A program made the translations under genes and the position numbers. A DNA stretch of 64,000 nucleotides from assembly GCA_013239625.1 (NCBI GenBank), contig MU054323.1, positions 16,992,029 through 17,056,028 on the forward strand, written 5' to 3'. The stretch is from Lama guanicoe. Its lineage: Eukaryota. Below are positions 40,835-52,977 of the stretch, in pieces (positions within the stretch are counted from its first letter, which is position 1; the number at the start of each line of letters is the position of its first letter). The notes beneath the pieces were generated by a model. It was not told where the DNA came from and did not search any database. It saw only the letters and a program-made list of their open reading frames with translations.

Positions 40835-43231
40835 CTGTAAAAGTTAAAAAACAAAGTTAACAGTTCCCTTCATCAAACTTTCATGATTACCATCAATTAG
40901 CAAAGTAAATTATTTCACATTTTATAGTATTAGAAGAAGGAATGTTATGAAGGAAAATTTCTATGTAAGGTAAGGGGAAGATTACTTTTGTTCCTTATCT
41001 ACTAGTAGGTAAGCTCCATGAAGGCAGGGACTTTGTCCATTTTTACATTCCTATTGTTCTAAGCATCACCTGACACACAGAAGGCACTCAGGAATTAAAG
41101 GAGATAGTGTACTTTTAAAAAAATTTACTATGTTAATATGATACACCGAGAAGGAGACAATGCCATTTTGGTACTATTCTTGCACAAAATGCATTATCTC
41201 ATTTCAATCATGAGAAAAATCACAGAAATAAAATTGAGGGACATCCTACAATGTCTAGCCAGTACTCCTCAAAAATGTCAATGATATGAGAAATAAGGAA
41301 AAACAGAGGAACTCCCATAGGCTGGAAGAGACTAGGAAAAAATACCAACTAATTGTAATATGGGATTTTAGATAGGATCCTGGAAGAGAAAACGGGTATT
41401 AGTGTGACATGGGTGGAATACAAATAAAATCTAGGCTTAGTTGACAGTAATATGACTAATATTAATTTTCAGTTTTTAATTTAAGAATAAATATTCAATA
41501 ACAAAAAAGAAGTTTCTCAACTTTTTAGTGAATCAATCATTATAGATAAATAGTATCAGGATTAGGCATATCTTTGTCTATCCAAAGCTCACTTTGCAGA
41601 AAACATTACCAATGGCAATTACCCTAAAAAAGCTAATTCAAATATAGCTTGGGAAGTGGGACAAGACTGGAATGTACAAGAAGACATCAATGAGCTGGAA
41701 AAGTTCCAGGAGATCTAGTATTAAATCTCTGAGCATCAATGGGGCTTTATAGATTTTTAAATTGGAAAAAAAACCAAAACTGGGTATAATCCACAAAAAT
41801 CCTTCCATATGATACATTCCTCTAATTTTTCAGACCAGGTAGAGATAATTCTTCATCAATTAATTCTGCAAAGAAATAACTCTGGTACCTTAATGTACCA
41901 GAATTTTAGTATTAAAAGCTATTGCTCCTTAAGAAAAAAAAATCCTGTAAAAGAAAAAGCATATACATCAACAAGTATTTGTAAGACAGTCCAGAGGATA
42001 AAAAGAGAAATAACTGTACTTGTCTCCCAGGAGTTTATAGTTCATATACTATCCTGAATATTTCGCAAATATACATATAATTTTAAAGTCTTTTAAAACT
42101 TTCCATCAAAAATTAAGCCTGACTCACTACTTAAAATTTACTTTTGTGACTGAAGGTAAAATGAGAAGTATTCCTATTTTTTATTTTTTAACTTTTCACT
42201 AAAAAAATTTTCAAACATAAAAAAAATATACATTAGTATAAGGAACACCCACATAGCTTTAATAACTGTCAACATTTGGCAGTCTTATTTCATTTACCTA
42301 CCCTCCACACACTTTTGAGGGGCTGGAATATTTTAAAGCAAATTCTAGATTTATTATTCCACCCATAAATCCTTCAGTGTATATTCTTTTTTTCCCCCTT
42401 CACTACAATTCATCATCACACCTAATAAAATTAATAACAATTTTTCTCCTATTATTTAGAAAAATAAAGTTTCAACATCCTTTAGATCCAGAATCAAAGT
42501 AAATTACACAGCACAAAGCTTCAAAAGTTAAATACTTGAGTCTTCTTTGCACAGTAAAAAAGAGGCCATTTACCATTTCAGAGAGAATAAACATAGTGAC
42601 AATTTCATTTGGAACAACTATGTGGAATACCATTTTTCATCTATCATATTGGTAAAAATTGAAAATCTGACAACACTCAGTGTTGGTAAGAGTGTTGGGC
42701 AGTGGGCATTTTCATATACCACAGGCAATAAGGTAAACTTGTGTAACCTTTTAAAAGGCAATCTAGCAACATTTACCCAAATATAAACCTTTATGCTCTC
42801 CACTCTAAGAATACTGCCCTAAAAATACAAAAAGCGCAACTATAAGGAGTTTATTACAGTAATAGAAAAACATAATTGGAAACAACCAGTGTTCATTAAT
42901 GCAGAAGTGGATAAATCCAATAAAGTGTGCTATATCTCTACTAAAAATAGCTACTCTGTGGTAGGGGTGGGGTCGGGGTGGGGGTAGCTTTGCATGTGCT
43001 GATATAGAAACAGCTCCAAGATATATTAAGTGAAAACAGCAAGGCACACAACAGTATGTACAGAAGAATCATTCTACTTTAAGTTTTAAAAATGTAGGTA
43101 CATACACTGGGGAGGAGGAATAAAAGACAAAAAGGTTAGAGGTTAATGAAAACTTTAACTTCCACTTTGTACCATATGTACTGTCCAAGTTTTTTAACTG
43201 TATGTACTTACTGCTTTAAGGACAACAGGAA

Positions 43232-43721
43232 CTATGGAAGTCAGCCTCCAAGATGGCCCCAATGTTCCCTACCTCCTGGTATTCACAGCCCTGTACAGTC
43301 CCCTTCCATACTGCACTATGGTTGGTGGACCATATGGACCACAAGATTACAATATACGTCATAGTATGTCACTTCCAGTATTAGGTTATAAAAGACTCTG
43401 TGGCTTCTGTTTTGTTGTTTTTTTGTTTTCATCTCTCTTTCATCATCTCATTCTGAAGGAAATGAGCCAATGTGACTTGACTGTCCCTACAAAGAATTAC
43501 GAGTGGGCACTGAAGTGGATTTTCTAGCCCCAGTCATAAGACTTGAAATGACTGCAGATTATAGCTGACTGCAGCCTCATGAGACACCCTGAGGCAGAAC
43601 TACCAGCCTAACTATATACACAGATTACTGACCCTCAGAAACAGAAGGATAATAAATGTTTGTTGTTTTAAGCTGCTAAATGTTGTGATAGTCTATTACA
43701 CAGCAATAGGTAACTAATACA
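43232..43721 (+). mobile_element. MaLR solo LTR (MLT1D/E/F-like) in HNRNPLL intron 12, adjacent to an old L1 piece (~42620-43220)
   Basis: cagcctccaagatggcccc...aataaatgtttgttgttttaagctgctaaa...cagcaataggtaactaataca. Confidence 0.8.
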
Positions 43722-43866
43722 AGAATTATGTGGGTTGTGGGATTTATATGCCTTTTTGAAATTTGTACTTCTCTGTATTAAAAAAACTACTAAATGTTAT
43801 TTTAAAATTATCATCAATGTTTCTGATGGTAAATCCCATGGAATAATTACCACACAATCTACTTAC

Positions 43867-43965
43867 TTGGAACTCTTATCTGGTAGTGATTTAGTGCTGT
43901 AAGGGCTTCTACTGCATCAGTTTTGCATTCCCACTCTAACAGCCCAGAAAGCGTTTTGGCAGAAG
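43867..43965 (-). CDS. HNRNPLL: HNRNPLL coding exon 12
   Basis: PSAKTLSGLLEWECKTDAVEALTALNHYQIRVP; tttag acceptor, A|gtaagt donor; 99 nt. Confidence 0.96.
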
Positions 43966-44049
43966 CTAAAACCAAACACAAATCCAGCTGTTATTTGCTT
44001 ATCATCAAACTAACCAGAAAACTTTAAAAAAAAGGAAATGTGCACTTAC

Positions 44050-44107
44050 GTTTTGCATCAAACACTTTATATTTGATGAACGTAAGAACTTCATGGTCAT
44101 TACACAA
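44050..44107 (-). CDS. HNRNPLL: HNRNPLL coding exon 11
   Basis: LCNDHEVLTFIKYKVFDAK; gacag acceptor, C|gtaagt donor; 58 nt. Confidence 0.96.
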
Positions 44108-44787
44108 CTGTCAAAGAAATGTAAAACTCCATTAAAAATGTGGCCAACATAATATTCCTACCTTTTTTTTCTCTCCCAGAAAGTAAACTTTATGGCAGCA
44201 TTTAAGGTTTGAGTCTGGCATGAATGAATTAAGTAAAATATCTTCTTAAATTAATAAGCTGAATGAAAAAATCAATTAAAATAGTGACACTCTATAATCT
44301 ATGTATATAATTTTAGTGCTGTACAATAAAATCAAGATTTGTAACTAAAATATATACTCAGAGTTGAACCAGGATTTATCAAGTACCTAAGTACCTAAGG
44401 TAGGGAATGGAATTCCAGAAAAATCAATTATTTTCTGAAGCAATTCCTACAGTTAGGGGAAAATACAGGGATATGTAAAATTTTTTTATGGGTGAGACTT
44501 AATGGCATGATAAAAGCACCTTCTGAATGCAGGAGTAAGGGTACCTCATACTAATTCCAATTCTCAAAAAGACTGAGCCACAAACCAACAAGAGATCAAT
44601 GAAGGATGGAGGCCAGAAAAGTTAATGGTCAAAGAATGAACTATATTAAGTACCAAATTAGTAACAGAATACTAATAATGTCAAAAGTGGATGATGAACA
44701 GAGCAAGACTCTAAAAAGCTAAAATATGATATATATTTTAAAATAGGAAATAGGAACATTCTACACAAATTTTATTTCAGTGCCTAC

Positions 44788-44989
44788 CTTTGTGAAGGTC
44801 TCTTCTGTGACACACAGTGGAACATTATAATAATGCAGCACACATGAGGGTGGCTGAATTATATTCTTAGATGCTTGGCCAGCACTTGTAAAGCGATTAT
44901 TTTTGCTCATTGCAAAATCTTTGTAGCTACTTGTACCATCCTCCAGCTCAAATATTTGACTTGGAACAACTGAATGTTGTTTAGATACA
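44788..44989 (-). CDS. HNRNPLL: HNRNPLL coding exon 10
   Basis: VSKQHSVVPSQIFELEDGTSSYKDFAMSKNNRFTSAGQASKNIIQPPSCVLHYYNVPLCVTEETFTK; cttcag acceptor, AAG|gtaggc donor; 202 nt. Confidence 0.96.
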
Positions 44990-45528
44990 CTGAAGATTAG
45001 AAAGGAAAGAAGTACAGAACGTAACTTTGTTAGATAAAAAGCAGCAAGCAGACAATCTCAAAATGTTAACATGTATGCCTGCATCAATCTTAACAAATAT
45101 ATAGCTATTTAAGTACAGTTTAAATACTATTCTTAACATGTAAATACTTTAAGTTATAATCAATCACTCATATAGATTAGACATCACTTAGGAAGAAAAA
45201 TCTATTGAATACATTTTCAAATTAGAAAACTTGAATATAAAAACTTGCTCATATTAAAAAATATGCTGTCATACACAACATTGGAAATGACTATAACTCA
45301 ATAAAAATGTTTTAAAAAATGCTGTTTTGTAATCATAAAACTAAAAATTAGGTGTATTTAATAAGTAAAATCTAAATTATATGACCATAAGGGTCTAAAA
45401 TGACATCACTACAGCTGTTAATTGCAGATTTGCCCGCAGTTACATTACAATTTTCTGAAATGGAAATTAACGTCTCTAATAAAAAGGCTAAATATTTTTT
45501 AATTTTACCACTTAAGATAAATAATTAC

Positions 45529-45650
45529 CAAACATTAAGTCTTTTCCCAAATAATTTGACATTGTTAAGGTGTGTGACAGCTCTTTCTACAGCATACTCA
45601 TCACCCATCTCTACCAGTGCTGTACCAGGAATGGTCTTCATAAATTTTAC
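45529..45650 (-). CDS. HNRNPLL: HNRNPLL coding exon 9
   Basis: VKFMKTIPGTALVEMGDEYAVERAVTHLNNVKLFGKRLNV; ttacag acceptor, TG|gtaatt donor; 122 nt. Confidence 0.96.
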
Positions 45651-46288
45651 CTGTAAATATGAAATCCCAAAAAAGTTAACATTTAATCCCCTTTTACAGT
45701 AGCAGAATTTCTAAAAGATAACATAAGTGGTTGCTGTCAAATAAAGAAGATAACCTTGAATCTTAACTTTATTCTGCTGTGCTATTAGACACTCATCAAA
45801 GTTCAATAAAATTAATTAATTAAAGGAAGACTATAATTCTATTATATAGCACATTGAAGAAGAGCACAGGCTTATGCTGACTGTCATTTATTAATTGTGT
45901 GATTTGGGGCATTTTACTTCAGTCCTCTGAGCCACAGTCTTCCCTATAAAATGGACATGATAACATTTGGCAGGACTTATCAATATTTATTCATTCAATA
46001 TTTATTAAGTGTCTAATATGTTTTAATAATTATGCACTGTGCCAGGTACTGGGGATTTAATGGCAAGCATAATAGACATGGTGTTCTTGAAGCTTATACT
46101 CTAGTAGGTAGGTTTGAAATTTTAAAGTAAATAATAATTAACAACTATTCAGAGTGTTTAAACAATAAACACTCTAAAAGCAATAAGCAAGATACCATAT
46201 AAGAAATAATACAAGATGGCCTTGAGATAGCATTGCCAGTAGGAAAGTTTGCACTAGGCAGGGGCAGCTTATTAAATAGGTAATACTA

Positions 46289-46411
46289 GGCAGGAGGGTA
46301 TAGCTCAGTGGTAGAGTGCATGTCTAGCATGCATGAGATCCTGGGTTCAATCCTGAGTACCACCACTAAAAATCGAAGTAAATAAACCTCATCTCCCACC
46401 CCTCCAAAAAC
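46289..46411 (+). mobile_element. tRNA-derived SINE (Vic-1-like), HNRNPLL intron 8
   Basis: gggtatagctcagtggtagag...gggttcaatcc; TSD aggtaatact / aggcaatact. Confidence 0.85.
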
Positions 46412-48467
46412 AGGCAATACTTCACAAATTTTCATGACATCTTTGACAGAGGCCATACTTATCCTCTTAAATACTATGCCAATTTTAGTATATAATGCTG
46501 TAAGTGTTAGGTGGGAGAAAGTATGACAGCATAGTGCCTACCCCTTGGGAAGTCCCTAAACAGTTATTAAGTACCACTAACATTCATGACACTTTGAACA
46601 TACTTCTTTCTTACTTGCTAACATCAAAGGGAAAGTGGGAATGTATTTATGCAACAAATGCAACATAGCATTTATATCTATCAATTTGGATGAGCTATCC
46701 TAGCATTTTTATACTACACCTGTACTTGAACAAACCCAGCTGTAACAGGACTTTTCAGCTTTACTGGAAATCAACTGTCTTCTTATGGGCAAAATTTCCC
46801 TCCCTTGATTTAATCCAATAACATGCTACAAATATAATAATGACTAAATATATATGTCAAATATGTAGTTCTTATATTAGTACATTTCAAAAGAAATCAG
46901 AAAAAATTAACTATATACAGATTTAAAGGATTATGATGGCTTGAGTTTAATGTATTATATTGTATCATTTAAAATGTTAAAGTTTTTTGAAATGTGCATT
47001 GAGAGAGACTAGAATTATTGAAATAATATAAAGAAAACTTAAGTTTTATTAGAAAAAGTGATTTGGGTTTCTAAATAATGAGATAATTTAGTTCATAACA
47101 CAAAAGACAACAATCTAAAGATGTTGATTAAAATGCCTGATTCCAGTTGTCTACGAACGTGAAAAGCACAAACAGATAAGTAACACTACATAAAGGTTAA
47201 AATATAAATTAAAGCCCATTTAGTTGTCAAGTATGTGGTTTCTAGGCCTTAACTAGACACCCAGAAGTCTAAAAAATTTATGTGAAAAAATCTGAATTAC
47301 TTTTCCCAATGTTGCTGAATCTGCCCTATGTATTCTTGGTTAGTTATATAAGCAGAAATATCCCATATGTTATCCCCTAAACCAAATATGGAATTTTTTT
47401 CCTTTAAAAAAGATGTGGTCAAGTAGTAAATTCTTTTTTCAGAGATTTTCAAGTTGCTCTCTCAGATCAAGGAGAATTAATGTCTCAGATCCATTTAGAA
47501 TTAATTAACTAAGAACTAAGAGTACCAACTCCATACTCCCCTCTCCCACACTCTTGTGACTCATACACTTGTACTTTTTTATTGTTGTGAAAAACACACT
47601 AAAATCACTTTAAAAAACAGGGGAAAAAAACATTACAACTATATCAAAACTCAAATAAGTGAATGTATCAAAAACTGGTAATAAGCCTACCAATTGTTTC
47701 CCCAGTTAAATTTTCCACGATTCTTTCAACAACAGCTTAGAATCTACTTTGTGACAGGGACTATTCTAAGTGTTCGTGAGATGTCAATGAACAAAAATCA
47801 CAGACCAGGGAAAACCACAAAGCTACCCAGTGAAAATAAAGTTACAATTTTAAAGATCTTCAAAATATATAAAACTGAAATGTTTTAGCACTTTTTGAGT
47901 GTAAGCCTCCAGACAGAAAAGTTCTGGACACCTTCTATCAAAGTCGGTCAGTTACAAATACTGACTGAGCTAAAAGCATGTTGTTCCTCAGAAGATACCA
48001 GGACTCCAGCACTCAGGAGGTAAGTATGTAAATCTAGAACTCTCCTAAGATTCATGGCTGTGGCCACACTGTGAGGCATATTTATGTGTACCTGGCTCCA
48101 TGAAAGTAACTGCTCTTTCAAAACCCCACAGTTCAACATGTTGAACGCTAGAATCTCTCTAAAATGATTTTTTAAAATATGGTTTATGCCTCTAGTATGC
48201 TGACTGATTAAACTACTTACCGTTTTGGACTTCTTTTTATATTAGTAATTTAAAAAATATTTTTAGTACCAACAACCTATACTGATCACTTACCAACAAA
48301 AAACAATTCCTAGAATTCCTACCTAATGGAGTTCTAGCTTATGTGGATCACCACTGAAAGAACTTGCGTGTTCCTAAATACAAGGAGAAGACACATATAT
48401 TTGCAGCCTTTTCAGATATTCCTACTACATATCCTAGCAAAAGCAGCTAATATAAAATGAAACTTAC

Positions 48468-48685
48468 CTTTTCAATATTTCCATATAAGCAGAATAGGTT
48501 GAAGACTCTTGAACAATTCATTTTCAGTTGATGTAATCCACTAACCATTACAACTGAACCAGAGGGATTTCCTCCATGCATGTAAGAGGAAGAAGCCTGC
48601 GGTAATGGATATGCAACAAGCTCAGGTGTATCTCGAGAGCCCATTCTGTAACGACTTGGTAAAGGTAATAATGGACCATGGGATC
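48468..48685 (-). CDS. HNRNPLL: HNRNPLL coding exon 8 (linker and RRM3 start)
   Basis: GSHGPLLPLPSRYRMGSRDTPELVAYPLPQASSSYMHGGNPSGSVVMVSGLHQLKMNCSRVFNLFCLYGNIEK; aatag acceptor, AAG|gtaagt donor; 218 nt. Confidence 0.97.
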
Positions 48686-51351
48686 CTATTAAAAAAAACA
48701 AAGGGGACAACAAAACACAACACAACTTTAGTAGATACACTTCACCACATATAAAACAAACCCTTAATATTAGCTAGGTGGATGGTATGTCCAAGGAAAA
48801 CTCAAATGAATATTCAAATATAACCTGTGGAAATTAACAAAAATCTATATTTATTTTGCACCAGATCCAATATATGTTGACCTGCACACACCTGCATACA
48901 CCAGGCTTTAAGTTCATATTTTTAAAAAATTATAGTTTAACAAAAAAGTATACAAGACCAGGCCATATATGGAGGGGGGAAATCAGTGCAAAACTTTGGG
49001 CCACTGTATATAAATTATACCTAAAAAAAAAAGAAAAACTTCTGCCAACATCTTTTAGAGGATAATACAATAAAATCTACAATGAAATCTAGGAAACTAT
49101 CTTCATACAGATATAACAAAAAGAACATCTTCAGTTCCACTGAAAAGTTGTCCCCTTAAATATATTTTACTATAATGTAATTTCAGGCTAGTATTTTATT
49201 CTCCTAATTATAATTTAGGAAACTACAACCTTAGATTTAGTTAATACCCCCCACCGCTACTCAGAGGTGTCATTACTGAGCAACCTCCATTTTTTGAAAT
49301 AACATCAAAAACCCTCTAGAAAATAACACGTAAGTATCTAAAACTGTTGTCACAGAAATCTGTATATCTTACACTGAGAATTCTTATTAAGAATTAGCTT
49401 ACTAACTCTGGAATAGTTTTAAACAACTTTAATTTATTTAGTTTTCCCACCCATAACAGATTAGAAGTAACAAGAAAAACAAAGCTAGAGTGAATTGGAA
49501 TAGACAGGAATGAGGAAGTCCAGAGAAACTGTGATACTGAAAGTATGCATGGGGCACACTTACAGCAGCAAGAAGAGAGGCATAAAAACCCAGAAGAAGC
49601 AATTAAGATGGAGAGGTGTAACTCTAATATATAAACCTACACATCTTAGCTGCTCCTGAGTCAGTGATTACAGACACATACTCTGGGGTACACTGCAAAT
49701 TCTCCTGATGTGCAAGAAACCAATCCAAAATCTCAAGTCCTTTCCTCATTTCTCAAGAAGTACAAAATGTGTAATACTACTGACTTTCATTTTTATCTAA
49801 GACTAAGGAACACTTGTCATCTATTGAGTTACTAAGAACTATTATATTTTGGTATCATAGCACATTACAGCTTATGGGGACTCCAATTTGGTATTCAGTA
49901 TCCTAAATACGGCTGCCATTCATAACAACACAGCAACACGACCACTGAGCACATACAACATGGTGTAAATTCCTGAAGTTTTATGGAGGAATACTTTATG
50001 AACACACCATCAGTGTTGCCTTAAATTGGTCACGGTTTTCAACTGCTCTTATTGCTGGTAATTGGTAGCTTATCAGAACAATCAACGTAGCTCATGATGA
50101 GTTACTGGTTGGCAAATGTAAGTACACTGTCCTCCAATTTAGACTATTACACATATACTGAGGTCAAATATCAATCATTCTTACCTCTATAGCAAAAATA
50201 TATATACACGTTATACTTCACCCCCACCACTACCATTTGCTTATACAGTATGACATTTCAGTATTATCACTAAATTTTCTCACAGAAAATAGAAAAATGT
50301 ATGGAAGATGGGCAGTGGAAGTTTCCACTCTGCTTAAGCAGACCAAGGTCCCAAAACTCTGAGATCCACTGCCATAGGTAACAAATTCAGTGCAAAAGAA
50401 TACCTGATGTTTGTAATTATGATATTGAGCCATCAGGATTAAATTATGTTACTTACACTACCTAAATTGTCACCTATGTTAAGAAGATAAGGAAAAAAAA
50501 AGTCTCTTAAAAGCTTTATATACTATACTTTTCTATATTTTCATGCAAAAAGTTTTGGTGCTTAAAAAATGAATGCTTCAAGTTTAAAAAATCTTACTTA
50601 TATGGAAAAATACTACATAAATGGCATTTTGAAGATTTTGAAGGCATTTCCCATCTTTAACACTTTAAAATCTTTGGCCCAGGAACCATATCCAAAAATG
50701 CCAGCAATTAATATATAAATTTTTCTTGGGCTCTAAGCAAACCAATCTGTACATTCTTTTTTGCCACTTTTCAAGTATGAGGGTTTCTACCAGTTCCTCT
50801 CACAGGGCTGGGCTTCCCAAATTAAAAGATTTAAAGAATTCTGAAATCAAAGATTTATACTGCTATATTAAACTAATGAATAAATTCAATCTATTAAATA
50901 AACCTTTTCTGTTCCTTCTCACATACCATTATAAAGGAAAAGTCACCTCTTATATGACACCAAAATGCAAATAAACCTGTTTTTGTTGAACTGCTGACTG
51001 AAAGGATACAGCTGTGATTTGCAGCATTTGTAAAAAGGCTCCGTATCATTAGTACCCACTCCTGTCTTTGCTTTTCCCCCAATTTCCTCATCTTACTTCT
51101 TTCCTCTACCAATCTTTATTCATCTCTCTCTCTCTCCTATACCCTATTCTGCTTACTTCCCTAGGAAAGTAGAACAAATTTTCTTTTGAGTTAAATGTTT
51201 CAATGGATGTAGCTCAGAACGGACGCACCTACACCTTACCACAACCATTCCTCCTGGCAGGTGTCTCCAGAACCTGAATGATCCCTATTTAATAAATGTC
51301 ATTACAAAAAATTGTGCACCTCTTAAAGTAAGCTTACATTTAAAAATTTAT

Positions 51352-51973
51352 ACACACACACACACACACACTCAATAAATCAGAGCATGAAAGTGACAAA
51401 GAACTTCACAGTAGACTTTTTAAAAATATAAAGCTCCTCTAGGGCATATAACATATTCTTCTTTATGCAATTTTTCAGTAAAATTATCTTATAAGCAAAG
51501 ACAAACCTGAAAAGCCATACTGAGAAAACTGTCTGTGTCAACACTACTACAGCAGAGTTTTTCGTCCTTCACTTACACTTTCACAGATTTCTCTAACCCA
51601 CTTTGGCAGAACATGTAACCAATTTTTAGCCTTAAGATGTCATGACACATTTATATGCTCCACAACCACACTGCAAACTTGTGATCAGTCATTCTTTTGT
51701 AGCCCTCCATTAAACAAAGCACAGCAGTTTCCTAATAAGTGTTTCTTTACTGTAGGATCAAAACTACTCATACAACCACATTTAATATTTACTCTGTAAA
51801 AGAAACAACTAAGGAAAATGATCAAGGAACACACTAAAACGACTGTAGTAAGATTACCATTCTATACCACATTGTTCTGATAAAACATAGAGATTGTTTC
51901 AATCTCTTCTGCAATATAGACTACCACAGAAACTTGAATGAATACAAACACACAGACACACACACACACACAC
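51352..51973. repeat. Two (CA)n tracts (51352-51371 and ~51948-51972), read as (UG)n in the HNRNPLL pre-mRNA
   Basis: Read directly from the sequence. Confidence 0.85.
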
Positions 51974-52905
51974 GTAATAAATTCCTGGAGTTCAAATAAA
52001 AACACTAGGGAATAAGCTAAAACTCACAGCTAAAAATGGTCAACAAATATGTATACAACATGAAAACATTTTGGACAACAGGCAACACTGGGGTTTTTTT
52101 GATAATAAATCCCCAGAGTACAAATAGCAATTTCTATTTTCTACCACTTTTAATACTACTTCTAACTGTACTTTAATTTTAAACCACAGAATAGGTGAGG
52201 TCAACAACTACTGCTAAAAACTAAGAAATATTTAAAACCACAGAACCTATATCCAGTTAAAAGTTTTAGCAATAACAATTCTCAACATCTACTTACAAAG
52301 ACAACAATCTGATACCTAACTTTTCTGGCAAAGATTATTATTCTAGGTTTCATAATCTTATCAACAGAGCAAACATTAAAACTGAGTTGTTTTTTTTTTT
52401 TAAGAATTAAATACAAATTTAAGCAAAGCTGAAATACCAACTGTAGAACTAAAAGAATTAAGGGTCTAACCAAAAACACGTTTCCTTTTCAACAAAAACA
52501 CTAATCTCTCTGCCTTTATTATTCAAAATTCCTCTTTGCTCATAATCGCTAGAATGGGAGAAAATACACTTAATGATCTATACTTCTTTTTGGTCCTCTA
52601 ACAGACTAATTACTAATCAAATATCTCTAATCAACAAATCAAAACAAAACAAAATATAATGGGAAAAAAGCTTTCAATCCCAGTGAATAGCTCTCGAACC
52701 TCAAAGATTATGAGCTATAACAATAGCATAAGAAGACAAAGGAATTTAGACAACTCCTTTGGAGTACATTTATGAAGAACTGATCCCATAAACCAAGTCA
52801 GGTGAGCAGGAAAAACAAAGACAAGAATTGTGCCATTCTTCATCAGAAATGCAAAAATTCTAAAAGTTTGTCTATACTACCTTCCTTCTGCCTTGACAAA
52901 CTTAC

Positions 52906-52977
52906 CATAGCCATCATGTCTAAACGAAGAAGGGTGTTCTCCCAAAATGGCTTGTCTCTGGCGACCCTTTCCTCTAT
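52906..52977 (-). CDS. HNRNPLL: HNRNPLL coding exon 7
   Basis: DRGKGRQRQAILGEHPSSFRHDGY; tcag acceptor, G|gtaagt donor; 72 nt. Confidence 0.96.

Noticed and set aside
42961..42987. G-quadruplex motif ggggtggggtcggggtggggg
   Set aside because: It lies inside an old L1 relic on the template strand of an intron; such motifs are common and nothing here indicates function.
46295..46365. tRNA gene (A and B boxes)
   Set aside because: It is the head of a SINE with a tail and TSD; the same applies to the other six copies.
51352..51371. (CA)n tracts as hnRNP L/LL autoregulatory sites
   Set aside because: The gene is on the minus strand, so the RNA carries UG repeats rather than CA repeats.
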